From contig NC_068997.1 in the NCBI RefSeq assembly GCF_001194135.2, forward strand, positions 53,463,590 to 53,497,091: a stretch of 33,502 bases of DNA, written 5' to 3'. Made by a program: the position numbers and the translations under genes. Of this stretch, positions 11,600-22,860 are shown piece by piece. The notes under the pieces are model-generated. The model did not search any database. It was not told where the DNA came from and worked only from the letters and a program-made list of their open reading frames with translations. This DNA comes from Octopus bimaculoides. Its lineage: Eukaryota. Positions within the stretch are counted from its first letter, which is position 1. Each line of letters opens with the position of its first letter.

Positions 11600-13150
11600 T
11601 TGTCGGTGTTGGTGTGGTGGTGGTGGTGGTGTTGTTGTTGTTAGTGGTGGTGGTGGTTTGTGTGTGTGTGTGTGTGTGTGTGTAGTGTGCTGCGACAGTG
11701 GTGAAGTGTGACAGTGGCTTTTGATCGTCTTTGCCAAGATTAGGAGCTGCTGAGATGTTGGAGATGCTGGTGGTGGTGGCGGTGGTGGAGGTGGTGGTGA
11801 TGATGACGACGGTGTGGTGGTGGTGGTGGTGGTGGTGGTGGTGGTGGTGGTGGTGGTGGTGTGTCACAGGTAGGGGTGGGGGAAGAGACTCCCATCTTTG
11901 CTAGAATTGTCGTTGTTGTTGACATTGTTGTTATTGTTAATGTCGTTAATGCTGATGGCGGCGATGATGATGATTATAATGATGAAGATGATATTGCTGC
12001 TGTTGTTGTTGTTAATAGTGATGATGATAATGATGTTGACGATGCTGATTTTGTTGATGATGGTGATGATGATGATGAAGATGATGATGGCGATTGCGAT
12101 GGTGATGATTATGATGGTAGTGACGATGACGATGGTGATTGTGATGATGGTGTTGGTGGTGGTGGTGGCAGTGACGGCAGTGGTGGCGATGGCCTTAATG
12201 GCGATAATTTTCGTCAGTAATGTCCTCCGTGGGATTCGGTGGAGGTGGGTGGGGGTTGGAGAGTGGTGGTGGTGCGGAGTGATTAGTGCATGTGGTTGCG
12301 GGGGGTGGGGGTGGTGCAGAGGTAAGCTAGTGATAGGAAAAGTTGATTAGAAAAATGGTGCTAATGTATTAATGATGGTACTGGCGGTAGTGGTGGCGGT
12401 GGTGGTGGTGGTGGCAGTGGTGGCAGCGGTTGTGGTTGTAGTAGTGGTGGTGTTTGTTGTATAAGATTAATTTATACATATAGTATTGATGGTAGCCATT
12501 GGTGGTAGATGGTTGAGATTTGGAGGTGGTGCAGGTAGTTGGAGTGGTGGTGTTGTGGTGGTGTTGTGGTGGTGTTGGTGGCAGGAGTGGCATTGGTGTT
12601 AGTGACAGAGTGATGGGAGGAGGTGGAGGAGGAAGAGAGGTTGAGTTTGCATTTGGAAATGGCAGTATGGGTAGTGGTAACAGTGGTATGATGGTGGCTT
12701 TAGCATTTGCAGAAGACGTGGACTGCCGTGACGACAATGATGACAATGACGATGTCGGTGATGATGATGATGGTGATGATGATGATGATGATGACGACGA
12801 AGACGATGATGATGACGAGTAGAAGGAGGGGAAGGAGAAGAGATGATGATGATGATGAGGAAGTTGATGATGATGATAGCAATCAAGATGAAAATCCATT
12901 GACTGTAAACGTTAGAAGATTTGGTAAAAGCGGTGACATTGTTTGCTAGTGGTCGTCGATTTAGTAAACCAAAGATGATTGCTGTTATTATTATTATTAT
13001 TATTGTTGTTGTTGTTGATGTCGTTGATGCTACAGTGATGATGGTAGGAATTATATAAACGTTAGTGTTCTAGTTATAGTAGTTGCGGCAGTTGTGGTGT
13101 CTGTGGCGGCTGGGATTGTTAAAAGAGAGCAGATAATGGCTGTTGTTGTG
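11600..13150. repeat. Mosaic (GGT/GAT/GTT/GGC)n trinucleotide field
   Basis: G/T-rich triplet repeats on the plus strand. They generate the spurious poly-D, poly-H and poly-V ORFs. Confidence 0.95.
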
Positions 13151-13297
13151 GCAATAATATTGTTAGATATAGTTGTCATTTCGCAAGTGATGGCGAAAAC
13201 ACAATAAACCACACACACACACATTCATATGTATGTATGCATGTAAGTAAGTATGAATGTGTGTGTGTGTGTGAAGAGGAAAAATGGAGAGGAGAAT

Positions 13298-13359
<62 letters not shown>

Positions 13360-13699
13360 NNNNNNNNNNNNNNNNNNNNNNNNNNNNNNNNNNNNNNNNN
13401 NNNNNNNNNNNNNNNNNNNNNNNNNNNNNNNNNNNNNNNNNNNNNNNNNNNNNNNNNNNNNNNNNNNNNNNNNNNNNNNNNNNNNNNNNNNNNNNNNNNN
13501 NNNNNNNNNNNNNNNNNNNNNNNNNNNNNNNNNNNNNNNNNNNNNNNNNNNNNNNNNNNNNNNNNNNNNNNNNNNNNNNNNNNNNNNNNNNNNNNNNNNN
13601 NNNNNNNNNNNNNNNNNNNNNNNNNNNNNNNNNNNNNNNNNNNNNNNNNNNNNNNATATATATATACATATATATATATATACATATATACATACATAC

Positions 13700-13746
<47 letters not shown>

Positions 13747-13879
13747 CAAAGGTAGAAAGACAGATATAGAGGGGAATAGAGCAAGTGAGAGAGAGAGAGG
13801 GAGAGTGGGCGGGAGAGAGCGCCAAAGAGAGTGAGAAAGAGAGAGTGATATAGGAAGTGTGAAGTGAAGAGAACAAAGA

Positions 13880-14065
13880 GTGCCGATTGGGACCAGCCCC
13901 TCCCCAACCCTATCCCAGTACCGACCCCCGGGAGGTATCATAGAGGGTTGAACATATGTTGTGGGTGGGTATCGGTGCTGACCCGACCAGACTCGGTTAA
14001 ATAAATGGAAGCAAAAAGGAATAAATAGAATGAAAAAAAATGTGAATTTAAGATGGCCGCCGGGC
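13880..14065. promoter_or_regulatory. Candidate regulatory island (CCAAT, G-quadruplex motif, YY1-like site)
   Basis: gattgg at 13885-13890; cccctccccaaccctatccc at 13897-13916 (minus strand GGGATAGGGTTGGGGAGGGG); aagatggccgcc at 14050-14061. Motif evidence only. Confidence 0.25.
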
Positions 14066-14438
14066 AAAAAGAAAAAAAATGGTTTTCAATCCCCTTTTTC
14101 GTTTTTATTGTTTCTTTAAATTATTTTCGCGTTTTTTCTTTTGCTTTGGTGTTTTTTTTTTCTCTTTTTACTCTTGGAAATCTTAGAATTAGTGATCGGA
14201 AGTAATAACGATTGACGTGGTTACAATGTGTGTATGTGTGTATGAGTAAATGTGTGTGTGTGTGTGTCAGTGTTCTTATGTGTCAGTGTTCTTATGTGTC
14301 TGTATATGAATCTTTCTAGCTGGATACATATTCGCACGCACACACACACACTCACGTACAAACACACACACACACATACACACACACAAACACACAGAGA
14401 CATAATAGTGTGGGTATTGTTCTGTGTTTGTGTGTGAG

Positions 14439-14477
<39 letters not shown>

Positions 14478-14951
14478 NNNNNNNNNNNNNNNNNNNNNNN
14501 NNNNNNNNNNNNNNNNNNNNNNNNNNNNNNNNNNNNNNNNNNNNNNNNNNNNNNNNNNNNNNNNNNNNNNNNNNNNNNNNNNNNNNNNNNNNNNNNNNNN
14601 NNNNNNNNNNNNNNNNNNNNNNNNNNNNNNNNNNNNNNNNNNNNNNNNNNNNNNNNNNNNNNNNNNNNNNNNNNNNNNNNNNNNNNNNNNNNNNNNNNNN
14701 NNNNNNNNNNNNNNNNNNNNNNNNNNNNNNNNNNNNNNNNNNNNNNNNNNNNNNNNNNNNNNNNNNNNNNNNNNNNNNNNNNNNNNNNNNNNNNNNNNNN
14801 NNNNNNNNNNNNNNNNNNNNNNNNNNNNNNNNNNNNNNNNNNNNNNNNNNNNNNNNNNNNNNNNNNNNNNNNNNNNNNNNNNNNNNNNNNNNNNNNNNNN
14901 NNNNNNNNNNNNNNNNNNNNNNNNNNNNNNNNNNNNNNNNNNNNNNNNNNN

Positions 14952-14985
<34 letters not shown>

Positions 14986-15123
14986 CACACCCACACACAA
15001 GCAGTCCACTATGAGTGTATTACACCAGAAACAGCTGTAACTCATGACAATTCCTTACTCCCTTGTCATTTTAATTTCTCATATATATACATATAAATAT
15101 ATTCACAGACATATAGAACTCTA

Positions 15124-15176
<53 letters not shown>

Positions 15177-15583
15177 GTCTATCTATCTATCTGTCTATCC
15201 AGTCTATTATTTAAATATGTAGTGTGTTTCTTACCGTTTATATGTTATACTAAAACGATTCTTAATAACAAATATATATAAACGTAATTTCATTAATATA
15301 GGTGAGTTGAATGTCTTTTCTCTTCGTGATTAAATGAAAGTGGTAATACTTTTCCGTGTTGTTGGGCCTCAACTGAAATCATTTGTCCTTATAATGAATA
15401 GATTGTGACGAATTAACTGTAAGATAATGGATATTTATGGAGTTTATGAAGATATAGTTTATCAAGATAAAGGGAAAACAAGATATAGGGATTGCATATA
15501 TTTCTAAATTATGAATTAAGACTATGAATTGTGTGTGTGTATATGTGCATATATATATATACTCTTGTGTCTCGGGAGAGTCA

Positions 15584-15754
15584 TTTTAATGCCTTATTAT
15601 TTAAACACACTCATCGGTAAAATTTCCACTCATTTACTTATTTATTCTCCTAAAATGTTTCGTTGCTTCTTGCAACCTTTTTAATAGTTGTTGAAAAGGT
15701 TGCAAGACACAATGAAATTTTACCGGTGAGTGTTTAAATCATAATGCATTAAAA
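15584..15754. mobile_element. Foldback/palindromic MITE-like element
   Basis: Outer arms 15584-15626 and 15714-15754 are near-perfect reverse complements. The inner stem tcttgcaacctttt (15668-15681) pairs perfectly with aaaaggttgcaaga (15694-15707). Confidence 0.8.
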
Positions 15755-16089
15755 GAGAATGTTTCTCTCCAGACAGCAGAATATGCTCCAACACACGAAC
15801 TCACATAAAGAATCTTGCAAACCAAATCCCCAAACTATATATATATATATATATATATNNNNNNNNNNNNNNNNNNNNNNNNNNNNNNNNNNNNNNNNNN
15901 NNNNNNNNNNNNNNNNNNNNNNNNNNNNNNNNNNNNNATATATATACATATATATATATATATATTCGGTAATAACAAGTATTCCAGGTTATTAGGAAGT
16001 TTACTTATTTACATTTTTCTAATGAAATGTAAAAAGTATATTTTATAATATTATTATTACAAATTTGAGATATTAAATATCCTTAATCT

Positions 16090-16122
<33 letters not shown>

Positions 16123-16789
16123 TATATATATATATATATATATTACAAATGCTCACTACCTTTGTATGCACAAAGAGAACGGAGATAATTTTTAGGCGGG
16201 AAAAATATTTGAGACAAAAGAAGGTAAATTTGTATTTTCAATTCTCCAGAATGACATTTAAAATTGACTCAAAACGCATCAATATCCATCCTTTAGCATC
16301 AGAAAGACCAGACATGCAACAGAAATGAACCATTTTAGACAAATGAAAGAGGATCATTGAGAAACTTCACCTGATATGAAATTAACGAAACTTGAGTAAA
16401 TCGAAAAAAACTAAACATAACGTATTCTTTATAGCTTCTTCCCGATCTGCTGGAGAGGATCTCTACCTGATATCTTTACGCACCTTGCAGTTAAAGTGAA
16501 GACATTATTGAAATTAGTCATCACTCATTTTGCTCAACGTTAGATATCATTAACAACCTCAATTAGACTCGGGTTCAAAGGTTGAGGAAAATTTTCTTGA
16601 CGAAAATGTTCCTGTTATCTGACGATGTTTCAGACCCTCTCGACTTCAACAACAACAACAACAATGCTGACCAATTTTTACTCCCAAGGATGATGCAAAC
16701 TTAGAAAACGATGATGCAGTACTTGTAAAATAATGATTTCAAGCAGGTTGGGAGAAAATAAAGAGAAATCAGAAATTATTCATTTTGCC

Positions 16790-16972
16790 CTTAACGGCAT
16801 TTTGTCGATCAATACTTTCTCAGTTCAAGATACGCTGCAGTGGACTTTACTTTTTATCCATTCTAGGGCCAATAAAACAAGTACCAGTCAAGTACAGAGG
16901 TCGGTGTAATCGACCAACTTACACCCTCACTTCAAAATACTGGCCTCGTGCACAAATTTAAAACAATTATTA
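16790..16972 (+). mobile_element. SINE family A, 5'-truncated; first of a tandem pair
   Basis: cagttcaaga (B-box-like), aagtaccagtcaagtac, gtaatcgac, ctggcctcgtgcacaaatttaaaacaattatt. Confidence 0.75.
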
Positions 16973-16973
16973 G

Positions 16974-17175
16974 AAGGAGAGCGGTGAGCTGGTAGAAGCG
17001 TTAGCAAGGCGGGCTCAATGCTTAGTCTTATGTTCTAAGTTCGAATTGCAGCGACGTCGACTTAGTATTTTATTCTTTCAGGGTCGGAAATATAAGTAGC
17101 CGTTAAGCACTGGGGTCGACTTACCACTACACCAAAATTGCTGGCCCTGTGCCAAAATTTGAATCCAATAATATT
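16974..17175 (+). mobile_element. SINE family A, near full length; second of a tandem pair
   Basis: gcggtgagctggtagaagcgttagc (A box), aagttcgaatt (B box), tail ctggccctgtgccaaaatttgaatccaataatattatt. Confidence 0.85.
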
Positions 17176-17394
17176 ATTAAGAACAGTAGTATTAGCGTCA
17201 GTATTAATAGTAGTAGCTGTTATGTATGAATGTATGTGTATGAAGGAGAAAGTGTGTGTGTGTAAGTATGTGTGTAGAGATGTATGTTTTTTTTTTGTTT
17301 TTATTTCTGTTTTCGTTCTTGGTGTAGTTTTTTTTCCCCCTTTCTCTTATTTTGTTTTCTCTGTGGCAGAAGTTATTTCTGTACAGAATCTAAT

Positions 17395-17600
17395 AACCGT
17401 ATCACCCCCACTCGCCACACCACCACCATCACCAGCACCATCACCATCACCACCAGTACCACTACCACCACCAACACCATCAAATCCGACACCGCCATTT
17501 CCACCCTCCACAACCCCTCCCACCACTCCATTCCCCCACCCACAGCCTCACCCCCGCCCTCATACCCCAATTTACATCCATCTCCCCCTTTCCATACCAA
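17395..17600. repeat. (CAC/CCA)n C-rich low-complexity tract
   Basis: Read directly. Confidence 0.9.
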
Positions 17601-18961
17601 TTCTGTTCCTTACCAATTCCGTCGATATATCTATTCATATAAATAATAATAGAACTCACAGNNNNNNNNNNNNNNNNNNNNNNNNNNNNNNNNNNNNNNN
17701 NNNNNNNNNNNNNNNNNNNNNNNNNNNNNNNNNNNNNNNNNNNNNNNNNNNNNNNNNNNNNNNNNNNNNNNNNNNNNNNNNNNNNNNNNNNNNNNNNNNN
17801 NNNNNNNNNNNNNNNNNNNNNNNNNNNNNNNNNNNNNNNNNNNNNNNNNNNNNNNNNNNNNNNNNNNNNNNNNNNNNNNNNNNNNNNNNNNNNNNNNNNN
17901 NNNNNNNNNNNNNNNNNNNNNNNNNNNNNNNNNNNNNNNNNNNNNNNNNNNNNNNNNNNNNNNNNNNNNNNNNNNNNNNNNNNNNNNNNNNNNNNNNNNN
18001 NNNNNNNNNNNNNNNNNNNNNNNNNATATATATATATATATATATAATTATATATATATGTGTGTGTGTATGTATATATGTATTTATGTATGTATTTCTC
18101 TGCATTGTGTCTACGCTATTTTTATGTATGTGTTGTGTGCGTGTTCTGTGCTATTGTGTGTGTGTGTGCGTGTATGTGTGTATGCATGTGTGTAAGTGTG
18201 TGTTAGTGTGTATATGTGTGTATGTATGTTTTGTGGGTATATTCTGCTGGAGCTAATTTAAGAAAACTTCTATTGTATCGTACACTCTTTAAATATCAAT
18301 AAAAGACGAACCAAAAGAATTAAAAAAAAAAAAAAAAAAAAAAAATGCCTCAAAAATGTTGCAAAGAAAGGAAGAAAGAAAGAAAGTAAGGAAGGAAGAA
18401 AGAATCTACCAGAAATAAAACGTCCTACAATTCTTGTATTGAATATCGGAATTGGCTGAAGGATTTCTGATGTTGGTTAGTGTTTACGTGAAATGAGAGA
18501 TTCTAACCAAAAACGAAAGATAGAGAAAAATAGAAACGATAAAGAAAACAAGAAGCCTTATACATATATATATATATATATGTGTGTGTGTATACATATA
18601 TATATATATGTACGTGTGTGTGTGTGTGTAAAAGAATTCTTGTTTTGTGTTTTCTTCTTTAAGTTCTCCTTTTACCTCGGAAGTTGTACAGCGGAGATGT
18701 AAAAATATACGGACATTAAACTTATCTATGTATTTCTCTCCCCCACCTCTCTCTCTCTCACTCTCGCTCCCTTGCTCTGTCTCTGTATGTATGTATGTAT
18801 GTACGTACGTATGTATGTATGTATGTATGTATGTATGTATGTATATATGTACGTATGTATGTATGTATGTATGTATGTATGTATGCATGTATCTATCTAT
18901 CTATCTATTATATATATATATGTATATATATATATACATAGATACATATATTTATATATTT

Positions 18962-19000
<39 letters not shown>

Positions 19001-19010
19001 NNNNNNNNNN

Positions 19011-19043
<33 letters not shown>

Positions 19044-19309
19044 TTATGTATATATACATATATAAGTATATACACATATATATGTAAATATATATTATTA
19101 ATTATGTTACATAATAATATTTATACATACATAAATAATATTTTTGGTTAATCTCTAAACTCCAAAATCTTTAATCCGAGTTTCTCGCTTCCGATCTTCG
19201 CATGAAATAGAAAAATAAATAAATAATAGAACGATATTTAAAAGCAGCCATATATATATACCTATATAATAAACCTCAATATAACTCTTTATTTTCATTC
19301 TTAATGTAT

Positions 19310-21300
19310 TAGCCATCCCTCTAGCCTGTGACTAAAACTGATGGCTTAAACAACGCCTTTTATCTTCATAATTTCTTTATGCTTACCGTACTTCCGTTGT
19401 CTCCAAACATGTTATTTTCCACCAAATTCTGTCATTTTATTCCCATGAATTTTCAAACGCTTCAAACCAATCTTATTGCTTCTTTTACTGTCTTAAAAAT
19501 CTTACATTCAATTCAGTTCGTAAAAACTCACCATTTTCAGAATAAAAGTTCCAGTTAAGGCACAAGATCTTTCTTTATCATTTCATTCTCAGTCTCACAC
19601 TTTTGCTCGTTTAATCAAACATGAATTATTATTTTTTATTTATTTATACTCCATTACTAAGCGAATATCATCAACAAATCCGCATCCGCCAAATACGTTT
19701 AATAATTCCATTCAATTCCTTTTCTTCCATCCTGAATACTTTTCTTCATGATATAATTTATAGAAGAACAAACAAGAGTGACATCAGAACAACCTCTTTG
19801 CTGTACTTCACTTCCAACTTCGAATTCGTTACATACCTGACTGTCTTGGCTTACACGTAGGTAACTCCATGGCATATTGCACCTGTTGGGCTGGCTTACT
19901 TTTCCAGTAAACCTTAGTAACACAGAACCTGCTATATTGCCCCATTCTGAAACACTAATGTGCATACGTCCCACAAAGACCTTTTATAAACTATAAAAGC
20001 CATGATAACACGTTGTCAGAATTCAATATATTGTTATATTTGTCTGGGCCAAAATATCTGCTAACTACTGTTTCTTATTCACGATAATGACATTGAGCAC
20101 TTCTCAAACTATTCTACGCGGATTTATAATCTTCCAGTTATCACACATCCTTTAATTTCTCCTTGCCTCGTCACTATATGGATCCGTCCATTTTATATAC
20201 TTTCTAATCTTCAGGAATTTCTTCCATATTGAATATATATCACACAAATGCGTCAGAGATGTCATCGAAGTCACGTGTTTGTCTATTTTTAGCATTTCTA
20301 TTGCAGTTCTGGTTTCTCTAGGAACGTTTCAGATTTTCTTTTTTACTCAATACTTCATGCTATTCCCTCAACAGACATTTCTTGTGCAACCATTTCCAGC
20401 TCCTTGTATAACTCGGGGTTTAACAGAATCGTTCTTCCATCAAACTCCTCATTCACTACGAAAATGGTTTCTTCATCTTACTTAAACGTTTATCTCAGAT
20501 GTTATTAGTTCTCCATTAATTCTAGGTTATCCTTTGATCTCTTTGTCTTTAATCTCATATTTAATATTCCAGAAAATTCTCCAATTCCTCTCCTAAATCC
20601 CATATTGAGAGATATTTCATCAACATTTTATGTATCTCTTCTTAAACACCTTTTCGCCTCTTGGCTGAGACTTCCGGATTATACTATTTCCATTTTAATA
20701 TTTATGTTATTTTTTCTCTGACTTGCAACGTTCTGTTTTGGTTCGGTTTGTGCCCTAAAGATTTCAATTCCCTTTCCTTTTCTTCTATTTTATTTACCCA
20801 AAACACTTTGGCAATATTCCACTTTACATCCATTTACATTCTTTCCTATGTCTCTCGTCAAAATCTTACAAGTACATCAGATGTATTGCGATATAAAATC
20901 ATTAATTCTTCAAATTTTCCCTCCCTCCGGTACCCTAGTGATACCTTATTTTGTTTAGATTTCCACCTTTAATTAAATTCACCCCATGCATAACGGATGG
21001 ACACTTCTAATTTCTGGCCCACAGTAATACAGTAGCAGTGACAATTTACATCCTCGATATGTCGAAATATAACATATGTATAAGGATATTTTTATCGAGA
21101 GATTTCGAAATATATTCATGATTCTCCCTGTATTTTGTATCTTCTGATGATACTGTTTACAGCGTAGAAGTTGATCACGCTTGCATTATTTTCATTCAAA
21201 TCTCGAAACACTCATGAAATCATCGCTTGATTTTCATCTTCTCAGTATCTAGTCTTATTCATTTCGAATACCTACCAATTCTAATGTCACTCGATGGTAC
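19310..21300 (-). mobile_element. Decayed RTE-clade LINE ORF (reverse transcriptase, possible endonuclease remnant)
   Basis: Minus-strand peptides occur in the canonical order across frameshifts and stops: ETRTAIEMLKIDK (~20278-20316), MEEIPED*K (20201-20227), CDNWKII (~20125-20145), MAFIVYKRSL (~19974-20003), EVQQRGC...INYIMKKSIQDGRKGIEWN (~19702-19812), LADAD plus frameshift to FVDDIRLV (FVDD at 19667-19678), KALFKPSVLVTG (~19324-19359). Endonuclease-like SVINFYAVN (~21155-21181) and WGEFN (20972-20986) are weaker, so the upper boundary is uncertain. Confidence 0.8.
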
Positions 21301-21375
21301 CACTAGCAATTCCTTTCCCCAACGATTAACAGAAGTATTATTTCTCTCCGTTGTTGTATTATGTACAGGTCTATA

Positions 21376-21550
21376 AAAGCAGCAAACTGGCCGAATCTTT
21401 AGTAAACCGGACAAACTGCTTACACGCAATTCGTCTATCTTTACGTTCTGAGTTCAAATTCTGCTGAGGTCGACTTAGCCATTTTTCCCTTCTCGACGAG
21501 TCCCTACTCCCCAAAATTCCATGTCTTGTGCTTGTAGTACAAAGTATTAG
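21376..21550 (+). mobile_element. SINE family A, internally deleted copy
   Basis: ctggccgaatctttag (A box), tctttacgttctgagttcaaattctgctgaggtcgact (B box), tail gtcttgtgcttgtagtacaaagtatt. Confidence 0.85.
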
Positions 21551-21799
21551 TTACAGATCTCTAACGAAAGTAAGTTGATTTGCTCAGTTTTAGAATTCAC
21601 TGAATTCCATTTCGAGAATTCTCTTGAAGTCTTTTTATTTAAAATCAAACTGACTTCATCATCCCTACCCCCGGTTATTGGCTCAAAGCAAAAAAATGTA
21701 TTGACTTTTATCGTAATAGTTTAATTCCATCTCACTAAATCTTGTTCCGTTGAGGACCGTCACATCGATTTTGTCTTGTTCCATTGTTTTTCTTATCAG

Positions 21800-22177
21800 C
21801 TCCCATCTAACAACTCGATAACGGATTATTTCGGAGGGATTTTGGACACCAAAAACACCTGATTTAACACCACCAGACTTTTTTTTCTGGGGAGCAAGTA
21901 AAGGACCAGTGTACAAGAATCGCCCGAAAACCATTAATGAGCTAAAAGACGCAACCATAACCTTCACACGGTCCATAGACTCTCCAAGATGTACTTCAAA
22001 ACATGTGTAGAAGAGTTAACTTCTGTATTGGAAATGAAGGACGACACTTTCAACATCTCTTATAAAGTTTTTTAATGTCTTGTAAAGTCTAATATATTCT
22101 TTTGTAGTCTTATACCTTATAAATATTTATTTTGCAATAAAATATTTACTGCGGAGAGACTTTTTGAATACGCTGTA
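21800..22177 (+). mobile_element. IS630-Tc1-mariner transposon 3' end (maT/DD37D-like), with right terminal sequence and TA
   Basis: 21822-22007 reads RIISEGFWTPKTPDLTPPDFFFWGASKGPVYKNRPKTINELKDA, a decayed WPPRSPDLTPxDFFLWG motif holding the third catalytic D. After a frameshift it reads RRVNFCIGNEGRHFQHLL* (22009-22065). The end ctttttgaatacgctg|ta (22160-22177) is TIR-like. No left end found; the subfamily call is tentative. Confidence 0.85.
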
Positions 22178-22704
22178 TATAGTATGTTTACGTTGAAAAC
22201 GCAGGAAGTTCTTAGCAGTCATATGCACTAGAAACTACAAGGCGGCCGTAAATATATTTGAAGTTTGTAGCTTTTATTATTGACACTACACACGAGTGGA
22301 AGATTCATAAGCCGCATACGTCACAGGTTAAACAAGCATCACGTGATGTGCAGTTTCCTAGCTTTCTACATTTTAATCCCAACTGAAAATAGACATCTGA
22401 AGCTCTCACCCAAGATCTTGTCTAATATATTTCGCCGTTAGCTTCATCGACGTCACTATGCTGTCAGATGACGTTTCTGTGTCTTGTTTAGCAAGGTAAG
22501 CCGAGGTCGTTGCTAGGGATACCACGTGAAAGTAAAAACACAGTATTTGTGAAATGAACGGATCAGTCCCGGCTTACCTACTCTGACTAAACTTTGCAAA
22601 ACAAGAGACAATCAACCACTCCATGGTAGTCACACACACGCACCCTCCTCCCACACGCATACACACACATACATACACACGCGCACACACATGTACATGT
22701 TACA

Positions 22705-22750
<46 letters not shown>

Positions 22751-22800
22751 GTAAAAAATGTGTATTTTGTGAGCGTGACATGTATATATATATACATACA

Positions 22801-22860
22801 TATATGCATACGTATACATATACACATATATATATGCATACGTATACATATACACATATA
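22801..22860. repeat. Exact 30-bp tandem duplication inside an AT microsatellite
   Basis: tatatgcatacgtatacatatacacatata x2. Confidence 0.9.

Noticed and set aside
11861-12220. Asp/Gly-rich ORF resembling an acidic biomineralisation protein
   Set aside because: It lies wholly in the GAT/GGT field, uses a GTG start, and has no signal peptide or splice support.
16150-16750. Unique AT-rich segment that might be a DNA-transposon end or decayed coding sequence
   Set aside because: No TIR pair, TSD or protein motif that I can support.
21144-21170. CUGAUGA...GAAG as another possible hammerhead
   Set aside because: It has GAAG instead of GAAA, a bulged stem II and no stem I/III, and it lies within the LINE relic.
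22494-22579. Inverted pair aggtaagccg / cggcttacct, each a splice-donor match
   Set aside because: A 10-bp inverted repeat at this spacing is expected by chance, and no coherent exon lies on either strand.
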